NCBI GenBank assembly: GCA_046563655.1
Contig: CM102288.1
Coordinates: 3,844,001 to 3,908,000, forward strand
Direction of reading: 5' to 3'
From: Yuukianura sp. NJ FZ-2021
Lineage: Eukaryota
Length of the DNA stretch: 64,000 nt
The notes beneath the pieces were generated by a model. That model made no database searches and was not told the DNA's origin. It saw only the letters and a list, made by a program, of their open reading frames with translations. Positions 51,301 through 63,809 of this stretch are shown here, one piece after another. The translations under genes and the position numbers were made by a program. Within the stretch, counting starts at the first letter, position 1. Each line of letters opens with the position of its first letter.

Positions 51301-51766
51301 TCTAAATTTATATCCGCCAGAACTTTTCCGTCAAAGGTCGAACTTGGTGACCTTTGACCTTATATGCTTTTCACACTTGACCGTGTTAAAACTCCTGGCA
51401 CCCAGAACGTACTGACTCAAGTAAATAAAATCTTAAATTCAATGAAATTTGAAAATGGTGGCGAAAAATGGGGTTGACTAAAATTCAAATTGAGAGGGAA
51501 AGTCAAACGGGTTTGGCTGTTCGTGGGATCGTGACGGAGTGGAAGTTTTAGGAGAAAGTGCGACATTGCTGACATAATGGAGTTTTATGTGACAAAGAAA
51601 TGGCGGTTTGAAACGACCTTTGAAAATTATGACCTCGACTTTGGGAGTCATTTCCCGCCATTTTATGGCAGGAAATTTGAAGCTCTTTGAAAAAGATCAT
51701 AAACGCGGCTGCTAAACTCGTAATTTTCTGTGATTCTGGCTATTAGGGTGGCCAAATGAGGACGAA

Positions 51767-54700
51767 ATGACTTCCATAGATGATGACTACATGGCAGCCT
51801 ATTTGGGTGGAGTCGGAAGCATAAACTGCACAACTACTGAAGAGCCAGGGGGAGAGCGTGACCTTGGGAGGGGGAACAGTGGGCCGGTGACCTTCTACTA
51901 CTCCCCTGACCCAGCGGCAGTTCAGACATCTCTACGCTGGATGTTTCTGCTCCATGCCTATGGCTTCGCTGGACTATTCTTCTTCCTAGCCTTCTACGCT
52001 TTCTTCTCCATTTTGAATTTGAGGTAAAACATTTCTTGTTTTAAGTAAACCGCATGGTTGGTCGAGCACTGTAGAGAGGACGGTGGGGCTTGGTGGGGCA
52101 GTGATGAGTGGTGGGGCGGTGGAGCGTGGAGTAAATTGGAAGAAGTTATCCCCAAGAGTGACACGATGACTCCGCCAACTCCAGGCACCAACTTGTTGTC
52201 AAATGAATTGTCTCAAGTCGTTAGGAGTTCACCATCTTATTCCAGAAGATGTGCCACAAGTACTAATATCGATCCACAAACTTCAGGAGAAAGCCAAGAT
52301 AAAACTTTTCTTATCCCAAGATAAAGTCTGGAGGAGAAAGTGTGAAAATGAGGCACAACAAAGAGAAAGTCACAAAAGTTTAGCAGAACTTTTTAGGATT
52401 GGAATTGCTTTGGTCTTTTAACGATTTTGCTCTACCACAAATTATCTTTTGTAACAAATGATTTCTAGAAAAGAAAGTGGTTGAAGTAAGGTTGGTTCGG
52501 TTGAAGGTGACAAGACATGCTGCCATGTTCTCACGGTTCTAATTGTGTTGACATTTTCTTGTTCTAGTCCAATCTACTTCTTGTTATAAGTTTTTCCTTC
52601 GTTTTTTTTAGATCTCAGCTTTCTGCGCGCCCTTACATGTCGACGATTAACAGTTTCCTGTGTCTCCTGGGAGTTACGAGAGCAGCTGGACTTTGTATTG
52701 ACGCATATGGGCTCAAACGGGTAAAAACATAATGTAAACTAACCTAAATTCAAAATATAGGCCAACTTTGAAACCATTTCTCAAAAATTTGACAAATTTT
52801 GAAAAATTCACGGCTATACCGAAACCGATACCTTACATTTTTAGCGGCACGGTACATACAGAACATGGGCTTCACATTATTCGCTAGAAAACAGTAATTG
52901 GAAACTATTAGATTGTAGAGAGCAGCATTTTTAAAATAACCGTTAAAACCGGTACCAACACCCAGTTCGTTTCGTTCCTTTCGGCCGTAACCGGAACGAT
53001 CCATGATTTCACTCTTGCTCGTTAGTTGGAAGCTTCCCGACTATTTTAATTTGTTGTTGCGTTTGACTGTTTCTTTATTCAGGAAAAGCGGAATCGACAA
53101 GCGACGAACAGACAAGATGTCATGAATAATAAATTGTCGTGGTTATAGTACAAAGTTATAGTCATCTTTTGTTAGGTTTTTATAGGCTTTGACTAGAGTA
53201 CACAGATTTTTGGAAATAGAAATGAAAGATGACTTTGGACTTTCTAGTTTCACTTGATGTTAACAGTTTCACTTCCCTCAACCTAACCAAGCTTACTTTG
53301 TGTTTTCAATATTCATGAAAATAGAGATGATTGGATGAATTGAGCTCTAATTACTTTCTGGAGTCTCCAGAATCCTTTGGTTTCCTCCTTCAGGAAATTG
53401 AGGTCACAGCGGCACTTGAGATGCTAGTTCTAGTCGTTTCTAGTCCTTTCTAGGCTTTTCTAGTCGCTCCTGGCGACAACTTTTAGTCTCCTCTGCTTTC
53501 TCTTTAGGCTTATGATGAAAACACTGCCGGAGATTGGAAAGTCCAAAAACAGTTGGAAAATGATAAAATGTCAGAAAATAGAAAGCTGAGAAGTTTCAAA
53601 AAACGGATTTTTTTTGAAAATTTTACTATGAGAGAAAGAGCCACTTCCGAAACGGAAATGAAAACCTAGCAACGATTTTACTTTTTACTTTCCTTGTTTT
53701 ACAGACTCTGCCCATGATGCTTGGAAGTCTTCTGTGGGACTTGGGTTTTCCTTGCCTCATTTCATCGTTTAGTCTCATTCAAATTGCTTTTATGCAACTC
53801 ACTCAGGTAATTCTCAGCCTCGATTCAAAATTTTACAAAATTTTTGAATCCCGCCTTTCATAATTTCCAAAACTTTTCTAAACATTGAACACAGTATGCA
53901 TCAGTTCGTAAAAGTTACGTAGAAAATAGATTTTGTGGGAAGGAAAATGGTGAAAGCAGAGATGAAGAATGAAAAAAGCACTCTTTGAAGTGTATGTGGT
54001 CACATCGAGCTTTCAAAAAGCCGCAAAATTTTGAATAGGTCAAAGGTCACGGGTGAGATTTGAGCTGTCTTATGAGAACTGCGTTGAAGGAATCATAAGT
54101 TTCTGTTTGATCTCACACAATCCCATGCTCAAGTGCTTTCCAAACTTAATTAGCGTTTCAAATTGATGGAAATGTTGACATTGCTCAACCAAGCACTAAA
54201 CCCACTTTGACACATTCCACTTCATTTCAAAATTTCTAAAACTTGAATATCACAGTTCACATGTCACTACCATTAAAAGATTTTTAACTAATGAAACTGT
54301 GCGAAAAGGAAAAACTGTAAAGTTTTGAAATTTTCATTCCAGAATCGTTCTTCTACATAGTTTACGCTACGCTTATTATTTAAATTCTCCGCTTTTTCAA
54401 AAACTTTTTGTTTCGGGAATGTAGTTGTAAGAACTTTTTAACAAGAATTAATTAGACTGCAGTTCCATAATTTTTAAGCCAAACTTTCAACTTTTGTGTC
54501 CTAAAATTTTTGCACAACCAACAAAAACAGTGTTTTAACAAAATCAAAATTCCAAAAACTGAGCATAGAAACTTTTCACATTTTGAAGTCAAATACAAAG
54601 CAGCAAAGTAACAAAACACCGACAAAGTTTCAAATTCGAATTCAGGAGAAAGTCCATAAAAATTCTGACACTATTCTAAAAAAAATCAAAAATTCACATT

Positions 54701-57455
54701 TTTTTAGAAAGTTGTTCGCAACAGCAGAAGAGAAAAAGCGGGAGAAAGAGTTCAAGGCCCAAATTCTATTTTCCTATACTCCAAATTTCAGTTAAATTTA
54801 TGTTGATTTGGACGTTGTAAGGCCAAGGGGAATTGGATTTCTTCTCAACATCAACCCCACCCCCAACTACCCTTCCCCTCCCCTAAAAAACCAAAAAAGT
54901 CCAATTTTGTCCTGACACTTTGTATTTGGGATTTTCATTTCCATCCTTCTCCTTTTTCTAAATAAATTTGACGTAAAAGGGATTTTTCACGTACAAAGAT
55001 TTTCGATTTTGAGAGTTCGAAATGAGAAAGTTTTCGGGTTTCCCGTTTTTGTTGGAAAGTAGGAGCTGCAGGATTATTTTCTTGTTCAAAAGTTCTTCTC
55101 TCTCCTATGGATGAGCATAACCTAACTAACTAACCTAAAGAGGATGAACATAACCTAACTAACCTAAAATCCTCTGGAATTAGGTTTTTGTGTAAGTCTC
55201 ACTTCCCAAAAGCAAATGACGGAGGTTGGGAGTGGAGGAGAAAGTAGAGAAAGCAGGAAATTAGACTTCCGAATTCGGATTCTCCTCAATGGAAAACAGG
55301 AAAAATAGAAATCCAATTACACAAACTCCGTTCAGGGCAGCCCCAACATCTCCATTTGACATTTTCGAGAAAAAAAAATTCTCATCTTATTTTTTCAAAA
55401 AAGGATGAGAACTCTACCTGAATAGCGTTTGAAGCGACTGGATTTCAGAATCCGTGCTCATAATTTTGGAAAATGATGAATCGCCTGAGGCCGTGCTGTT
55501 TTGCTTTTCCAGGGAAAATGGCAAGATAAACTGGAAAATGACTTCATAAAAATAAAATTTGACTGAAAAAGGCAGTTTACTTTTTCGAAAAAGCAGTGTA
55601 CAGTTTTGAAAACAGCAAACTTTCCATGTTTGCTTTCAAATTGCTTAGAGTAAACATCAAACATAATTAAAACTACATCACTACATAATCCTTGTTCCGA
55701 AATAAACAAAAGTTAGTAAAAGCTGGCATACTTTGACCTAATTTTTCCGAAATCTGATCATACTTCTTTCATTCTTTCACTAGGGTGAAAATGCACGAGA
55801 GAAAGTTCGGAAGAAAACTTTTTTGTCGATTATCATCACCGTTCATTTCGTGACAGTCATTGCCACAGCCATCTACTCCACCATTAACACTGACCTTGTG
55901 GTAACTATTTTGACCTTTGACCCCTGAAAAATCAAAGTAGAATTGACTATGTCATTTTATGTAGATACTGAAACTGGGCTTTCAGTTGGCTTTTGCCGTC
56001 TGGGGCCTCTTTCTCTGCGGCTCCTTCCTTTACGCTGGAAATCGCGTTCTGGGAATTCTGGGATACTCGACGGGTGGGGAAGGCGGAAGCACAACCGGGG
56101 GCGGTGTCACTGGAATTAATGAGAAAGGTAACACTCTGAGTCATGTTAGCAGCAATTTCAGCGATTTTTCATTGACAAGTCGCTGAAATCGCTTAAAATG
56201 ATTTCCATACTCTAGGGGTGGCTGGACTCATGGCTGGAATGATGGGCCCTGGACAAAACTTGGCTTCGTCCCTCACAGCAGCTTTGGCTCCAACGCTTCT
56301 CCAGTCGACATCTCACACGCCCAAGATCAAAATTACGGACGAGAATGATCGGACAGTTTCGGTAGCCTCCGACTCTTCTCGTGTCGCTGACACACGTAAG
56401 CATTTCAGAATATTGCGAAGTATTAACCGAGAACTTCCTAAGAAATCTTGATTTTTGATTGGATACAGCCGAAATCCAGCCAGGGCCAGTCGTAAATCAG
56501 CGTGTCCCGGCATCCGCAGGTTCGTCCAAAGGTTCGGCACGACCACCCAGCCCAGTTTTGCCGCGCAAGAAAAGTGGAGGGAGTGGACCGGCACTTCGCA
56601 ACTCATCTGGAACGACACTGCAAAGTCAGAAATGTCAAAATTTCATTTGAACTTCAAAATTAAAGTTGACCTTTGACCTTATTAGGTTCCGTTGGCGGTG
56701 TTCGGAAAAAATCGCTTACTTGGTCAGAAGCAGACGGAAGTCCAAGTAACGGTGGAAACGGAAAAGACAAAGACGAAAAATCCGAAAGCGCTTCTCTCCT
56801 TGTTAGTGCCAATGAGAAGCGACGCGGTTCCAGAAAGTCAATGGATCTCACTGAAGATCGGTAAAAATCGCTGACAAATCCTAAAAAAAAACCGAAAAAG
56901 TTTCAAATTTTTTTCAAAAACTGAATTTCAGTGGCACCGGAGGCACAATTACGGAAAGTCTGCTAATTAGTAGCGGTGGTCCAGGACCGGATTTTACGCT
57001 TCAGTCAATCCTCTCACATATCGCTTACGTCAATCAAACAGCCCTGGACTACCGACTCAGCCGGAAACTTACCCGGAAAAATCAGGCAAGTACATGTCAC
57101 CACCATGTTCATGTCACAAGGTGACGTGGGCTGAAATCTCAAAAACAAAATTTTAAACTTTTTTGAAACTTAGGTTGAAAAAGTGATCAAATACGCCTCC
57201 ATCACTGCAGCCCTAGGCGTCGTGCTCTGCATCGCTGAATCGCTTCGTGTCATTAGTCCTTATGGTTTCCTCGTGTCCTCCTCCCATCCTCCCACCCCTT
57301 GGCCTTGGTTTGCACTCCAAACATTTTCGCGTGTGATTGAGTTCACGATGAGTGCAGCCATTGCCAACATTTCCAAACAACCCGTCAACCGCCCTCACCA
57401 TTACGCAGCATACTCATTCAGACACAAGCATCAAAGGGACTCTCTCTACTTGTAG
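51767..57455 (+). CDS. PRRT3/PRRT4-like seven-transmembrane protein (about 10 exons; true start may lie in an upstream exon)
   Basis: 'WMFLLHAYGFAGLFFFLAFYAF', 'INSFLCLLGVTRAAGLCIDAYG', 'LLWDLGFPCLISSFSLIQ', 'IIITVHF', 'AVWGLFLCGSFLYAG', long loop, 'PWPWFALQTFSRVIEF'. The frame stays open back to the acceptor at 51746; GC-AG intron 57086-57173. Confidence 0.78.
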
Positions 57456-58024
57456 ATTAATTAACTCTTGATTAACTTTAAACTAAAGATTATACTCAAA
57501 TCGGTGTGCCAAAATCCTGACCTTTGACATTTGCCAAAATCTACACCGTACCTCATCTCACTATCAAACTGAAACCGATTATGTGATTTTAAACGTTAAC
57601 GTCAAAAGGAGCTTCAACAGCCATGACCTCTGACATCTCTCGGGAAATCTGTAACAAACAAATGTGGAAACTTTTATTTTAGCCCTATAATTACTAGTTA
57701 ACGATTTAAATAAATCTGTGAAAATTGTAAGACCAGAAAAAGGAAAAAAGCATTTCGTCAACTGCTGAAGGTTTCAGAAATCTTCCTCTCTTTTATGAAA
57801 ACCTGAACAAAATAAATTATGAAGAGCCGATTTCACTGGAGAATCTGAAATTCAAAGAATCCAATTCTGAATTACTTGTCAATTTTAAAAAAAAAAAACT
57901 CAAAATTGAAAGGATTTTGAAGAATGTCTTACGCAAAGCTGGAAGTTGGACGTTTGACTCGCATGGGATGATTTTTCCTTTGATGTTGAATGTAAAACTC
58001 AGTCTTTCTCCTTCTTTTGTATTT

Positions 58025-59976
58025 TTAGTTCTCAATGTCTTCAATTTCAGCAACATTTTCCGTATCCAGTTTTTTGATGGGCTTCCCAAAGTGCTGCTCA
58101 ATTGCCTTCATGTTCTCAAGGCTCTGCTGACTATCAATTAGGTTGATGGCCACTCCAGTCTTGCCGAAACGGCCTGTCCGCCCGATGCGATGAAGATAAG
58201 TTTCACAGTCTACGCGGTGATTGACGACGTCAATGGGCAGGTCATAGTTGACGACCAAGGTCACTTGGTCAATGTCAATCCCTGAGACACAAGAACGAAA
58301 CACTTAGTCTAAAACTTAGAGATTTTCGTTCTTCATTTTCGGAATTACCTCGAGCCATTACGTTTGTCGTAATGAGGATTCGTTCCTGTCCGTTTCGAAA
58401 CCGTGTGAGAACGTCCAGACGTTGCTCAATTGTTAGTTCACCGGACAAAAGAGCCACGGCATGTCCATCCCGTGTCAGTTTGGTTGCCAGCCAACTTGCA
58501 GTGTTACGAGTCTAAAATTCAAAAATTCAAAATTTCTTGCAAAATTTAAACTCCAGCCGCTTAAAACCAAGTAAGTCTTACGTGGCAAAAAATCATAGCT
58601 TGTCCAATAGTGATAACTCCGTAGATGTTGGCAATGGCTTGATACTTGTCCTGTTGAGTTTTACACAAGATGTAATATTGTTTGATGTTATCCAAACTCT
58701 CTTCATCTCGAGTGAGCCGAAAGATGGTAGCATCTGGGATCAGTTTCTCAGCAAATTCAAGCACTTTTGTATCATAAGTGGCCGAAAACAACATCATCTG
58801 ACAGTTTTTCGGCAGTTTCCTAAGAATAACAAAAAGTTTACTCGGAACTCTTTATGAGAATAAATTGAGTGCGAAGTGCGAACGTACCGATGAAGTTTGA
58901 TACTGGAGTCTTGGTAGCCCTGTGTTGCAATCATAACATCAGCCTCATCCAGAACAAACACTTTGACTCGACTCAAATCCACAAAGTTCAGGCGGAAGCA
59001 CCAGTCAGTCATCTTCCCTGGAGTTCCAATGACAATATGGCTATCCACTTTTTCTCCATGAGCACAAGGATCGTCCACACCACGAACGCAGTATGAAATT
59101 TTGATCTCTGGACAAAATTGGGCCATTTGCTCAATGACAGCACCGGTTTGTAAAGCCAGTTCGTAAGTTGGTGACAACAGGACAACTTGAGGGTAATGTT
59201 CATTCTTGTCAACACGCATGAGTAAAGCCAAAACAAAAGCAGCCGTCTTTCCAGTTCCACTTTGTGACTGCGCAATCATGTTTTGCGGCCTATAAAAACA
59301 TAAATTGAGTTAAGATCCAATTTGATTTCACATCTGATTGATTGTTCAACTCACGGATCTCGCAAGAGGTACGGTAGCGCCGCTTCCTGAATCTTGGATG
59401 GAGCATTGAATCCCATCTGGTAAATTGCTTTCAAGAGCTCTGGTCGCCTGAAATTGAAAAATATAAATAACGCTTAAGACGAGGCGCCAAAAGGTAACCA
59501 GCTGATCGCTGATTGCTTACAGATTCATATCCTCAAAAGACTTGGTGGAATAGAGAGTCGAGGAAGGATCCTTTCGCAGGATCTCGATTTCAGCTTTGCT
59601 AGTTATCAGTCCTTTTCGCAGTACTTTCTGGATAAGCGATTTGTCAGCCAAGCTTTGTTCCTTGTCTTCTCCATCGTCTTGGTCGTTCCCCGTAGTAGCC
59701 GCTCCTCCACTTCCGCTCCATCCAGGTGACTTGGCACTTTTAATGCCTGTTTTCGGCTTGTCTTTAGTCCCATGATCTCCGTCACCTCGAAGACCAAGAC
59801 TAGAAACCTAACAATAAACAGACAGCTCATCATAAATCAACTTGATAAAAATGAAGCACATCATCCAGAATACTGCTAGTAAAACCTCACACAGGTCAAC
59901 CTCAACTTACCTGATTGACCAAGGCCTGTTCCGAATCAGCTGTAGCCGCATCAACCCAGTTTCCAATGGATGACAT
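58025..59976 (-). CDS. DDX19: DEAD-box RNA helicase DDX19/Dbp5 (Dbp80), mRNA export
   Basis: '[14 protein letters not shown]', '[11 protein letters not shown]', '[10 protein letters not shown]', 'SPTYELALQ', 'LDEADVMI', 'FSATY', '[10 protein letters not shown]', '[14 protein letters not shown]'. Confidence 0.95.
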
Positions 59977-60693
59977 TTTCGTCCCTTGATTTCTTCAAGT
60001 TCAAATAAGAAAGCTCTCCAAAACTGGATTTACCAAACTAATTAATTATATCCGTATCAGAAACAAAACCACAACAAATTACAATTAATTGAACAAATAA
60101 ATTAAACAACTTTACTTACCGAACCGTGTCCTTGTGAGAAGTGAGAATTAGTAGAGCTAGAGAGGAGATGATCTCTGTCACAGCAAGGAGCAAATGCAAA
60201 AACGAAGACGAAGACAGCAGTCGAGGTTAAAGTACGACTAAATGTAACTCATTGTAACCACAATTCATTTCCGCAAACGTCAAAAATTCAAATATACTCA
60301 ATCCCGAGCATTGGAATTAAAATAATCAAAATGCTGCTACAAAATGGCGCTTGGATTTGAAATTTCTCGCTTCAAATTAAAGATTCAGAGTTCAAAAGGT
60401 TAAGCCGTAAGTACAATTAGTAACCTTGTGATGGTACGTCAACCAATAAATAAAAAATGTGAGGCGGGACATTTTATTTTTAAATTCAAAATTGCCCCCC
60501 GCTTTGCGATTCTTTTAAAATCTTCAGCATTAGATGGTGACAGCTATCAGCACAAGAATTTGATATGACGCTTTTCGTAAATTTTTAATTCCGACAATGT
60601 TGTGTAAAAGAAGCTCAATTAACCGAGTTATTGCTAAAGTTTTGGCTTGATGAATCTCTCCGGGTTCTTCGGACAATTTCGGTGGAACCATTT

Positions 60694-61258
60694 TTATTCA
60701 TGCGTGTTTGTTACGTTTTTGAGCCAAGTCACAAGTTCGTCGCAACTGAGTTTCCCATCTTGGTTTTCATCTGCTTGTCTCAAAACTTCTTCAAAACTCA
60801 ACATCGGAATAGACGGATCATGCGCAGTGATCGTTCCGAAACTGGTTTCGAATTCTTCTTTTGAAATGAATCCATCTTTGTTTGCATCGAAGTCATTTAC
60901 ATACACTAAAACACAGAGATCTGCCTTTAGAAAAACTGAAACTTTGTCGGGGCATTTCGAGACACTCACCGCGGAACAGTTGGAGCTTATTGTGTTGCGT
61001 CGTAAAGTAGTTGCGGTAGTTCTGCATGCTCATACGCCCTCCAAATGCTGCGTTGATGTGTTTGATGTAAGCATCAAACTGTTCCTGCGTCCTTTTCCAC
61101 TTCATCACGTTCGTGTAAAATGGGGGAGCATCAATTGCAAAATCAATGGAATCATCTTCTGCTCTGTACGTTGGAAGCGTTTTGAAAATTTTACAAAATT
61201 CTTCAATCTGTTCGTTCGTAAAGTGCGGTGTTCCTGGAACATCGTCTTCCTTTTCCAT
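60694..61258 (-). CDS. EF-hand calcium-binding protein (paralog 1; intron 60906-60969)
   Basis: EF loops DANKDGFISKEE and DENQDGKLSCDE; N-terminal half divergent (MKWKRTQEQFDAY). Confidence 0.85.
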
Positions 61259-62034
61259 GGTTACTTTACCGTAGGAATAGTTTCTGCAAGCAACCAAATC
61301 AACAACAGTCAAAAATTTTGACTCAAAATCAAACGGAAATTCTAATCAAAGCAATTTTAAAATATTCAAAGTTGACAAACCAGTAGCTTGCAGAAGAATA
61401 TAAAGCTAAAATATACCCACCGCCTGTCTTGTTGTAAGAATCTTTATATAGAAAAGTTTAAAAAAAAATTGAAAACCTGTTCCAGCTAGTTTACATCAAA
61501 ATTGGCTTTCTTTTCAAAAGTGGAAGTTGAAGTAAGTTGTTTTAGATTTGTATTAATTCAAATTATAATTAATTAAACCACAAGACCTTGCTCACGGATC
61601 GACCTCTGTGTCTCATAATTTGTGATTAATTTAATTAACTGAGTATTTAATTAATTGACACTCTCGATTACATAATTAACTATGCATAAGAGTGCCCTTA
61701 AGTTTATCAAGCAAAAACTGTGGGATTGGTAGGTCTCCCTTGTATTAGAAAGAACACGGAAACAGAGTTTCTTTATGAGAAAAAATTTGCGAAAAATGCG
61801 GAAATTTATTTTCAATTTCATTTTCCTCGTCTACTTAATCACTTAATGCAAACAAAAAACTTAATTTTTTGAAATATTAGTCCAATCAAAGCCTTAAAAG
61901 TTTACACAAAAGACGTTTACAATTACAACTAGAATTCCTGAATATAGATTTATATTCGTCAAATGAACTGTATTGCACAATGAGGGGTTTTACTGTAACT
62001 CAAATTTTATTTTCGGCGTAGTCGGGATCCATTT

Positions 62035-62529
62035 TTATTTTTGAGACGTGACATTTTTGAGCCAAGCGACAAGCTCATCCGTTGATAACTTCCCATCATT
62101 GTTCGAATCAGCTTCTTTCAAAACTTGCTCAAAATTCAAATCCGGAATAGAAGGATCATGAATGATGATGAGTCGAAAGCAAGCTTCAAATTCTTCTTTG
62201 GAAATGAATCCATCCTTGTCCAGGTCAAAGTCGTTGACATACACTCTGAACAATTGGTGCTTGTTGTGCTGCGTTGTGAAGTAGTTGCGATACTGCTGCA
62301 TCGACATGCGTCCCCCGTAGGCCTTGACGTAGTCAGTATATGCCTGGAGTTGCTCCGGAGTCCTTTCCCACTTCATCACGTTCGTGTAAAATTTGGGACC
62401 GTCAATTGCAAAATCAATTGTTTGATCTTCTGGTCTGTAGGATTCAAGTGTGACAAAAACTTTACAGAATTCGTCAATTTGCTCTTTCGTGAAAATCGGT
62501 GTATCGGGAACGTTAGCTTTTGTTGACAT
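62035..62529 (-). CDS. EF-hand calcium-binding protein (paralog 2, no intron in CDS)
   Basis: Continuous 164-aa ORF; DLDKDGFISKEE and DSNNDGKLSTDE; colinear with paralogs 1 and 3. Confidence 0.9.
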   Translation of the reverse strand: MSTKANVPDTPIFTKEQIDEFCKVFVTLESYRPEDQTIDFAIDGPKFYTNVMKWERTPEQLQAYTDYVKAYGGRMSMQQYRNYFTTQHNKHQLFRVYVNDFDLDKDGFISKEEFEACFRLIIIHDPSIPDLNFEQVLKEADSNNDGKLSTDELVAWLKNVTSQK

Positions 62530-62823
62530 GGTGTGCCTGATTTCTTTTGTGCAACAACCTCACCAATCAAAGGAAAAGTCAAAGTCTAAGTGAAGTTTCA
62601 ATAGACCTGACTATTAGTTTTGATTTTAAATAGAAGCGTTTTCTGTAGGTGGGAAACCAGTTTAACCACTCTTTTCTGATTTCAAAACTGGACCTTAATA
62701 ATTAAAGAAAAATGCAAGTACAAGATTAATTAATTAAAGAAAGCAAGATTAAGCAAACTGCGCTGCTCACTTTGAGCAATAAACTTTTCTTTGTGACGAT
62801 GACTGCTTGTGGCTAGGTTGATG

Positions 62824-62866
62824 ATGAGCAGGGATGTCAAAAATATTTAGTCTCCATTCCCGTAGT
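62824..62866 (-). repeat. Dispersed ~45-bp repeat (copy 2), contains CAGGGATGTCAAA
   Basis: Inverted match to 4270-4312. Confidence 0.65.
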
Positions 62867-63243
62867 GTTTAATAAACAAAATATTTCCTGTTTTTTTTTG
62901 TTACTAAACATTTTTATTTCTTTGCTCATGCTCTGAATGTTAAGTAAGTAAATATTTGGGCAATTAAAAAACTCGAACAAGTTACAATTTAAATCGTTTC
63001 TTGGCTAATTAATGTGAATTCATCAATTAACTTAATTGATTTAATTATTTAATTACCACATTCGACTTTGCTCAATGTCAAAACTAAACTGGAATGACAA
63101 AAATAGAATTGCGTATTTTTGCAAAGCTTTTGGAGTTCCACAATTCATTTTTTCTGTTACAAAATGTTGATGGCCTAGTTTGCCGAGTTTTATTTCGGAC
63201 AAATTGTTTCGGACAAATTCGGACAAATTGGGGCCATTTTTAT

Positions 63244-63809
63244 TCATGCGTGTTCTGTTACGTTTTTGAGCCAAGTCACAAGTTCGTCGCAACTGAGTTT
63301 GCCATCCCGGTTTTCATCTGCTTGTTTCAAAACTTCTTCATAGCTCAACATCGGTATTGACGGATCATGCGCAGTGATCGTTCTGAAACTCGTTTCGAAT
63401 TCTTCTTTTGAAATGAATCCATCTTTGTCTGCATCGAAGTCATTTACATACACTAAATTAACAGAGATCGGTCATTAGAAAAACTGCGAAACTTTGTCAG
63501 GGTATTTGTGATACACTCACCGCGGAATAGTTGGGCCTTATTGTGTATGGCCGTAAAGTACTTGCGGTATTGCTCCAAGCTCAATCGCCCACCGAACGCT
63601 TCGCCGACGTGCTTGGTGTAAGCGTCAAACTGTTCTTGCGTCCTCGGCCACTTCATGACGTTCGTGTAAAATGCGGGACCGTCAACTGGCCAATCAATCG
63701 AATCATCTTCGGCTCTATAGGTTGGAAGCGTTTTCATAATTTTACAAAATCCTTCAATTTCGTCCTTCGTAAAACTCCGTGTACTTGGAATATCGTGTTT
63801 TGTATCCAT
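63244..63809 (-). CDS. EF-hand calcium-binding protein (paralog 3; intron 63453-63520)
   Basis: DADKDGFISKEE and DENRDGKLSCDE; exon 2 nearly identical to paralog 1. Confidence 0.85.

Noticed and set aside
52058..52324. 88-aa Trp/Gly-rich ORF
   Set aside because: Lies inside a PRRT-like intron, has no recognisable homology and no convincing splice acceptor.
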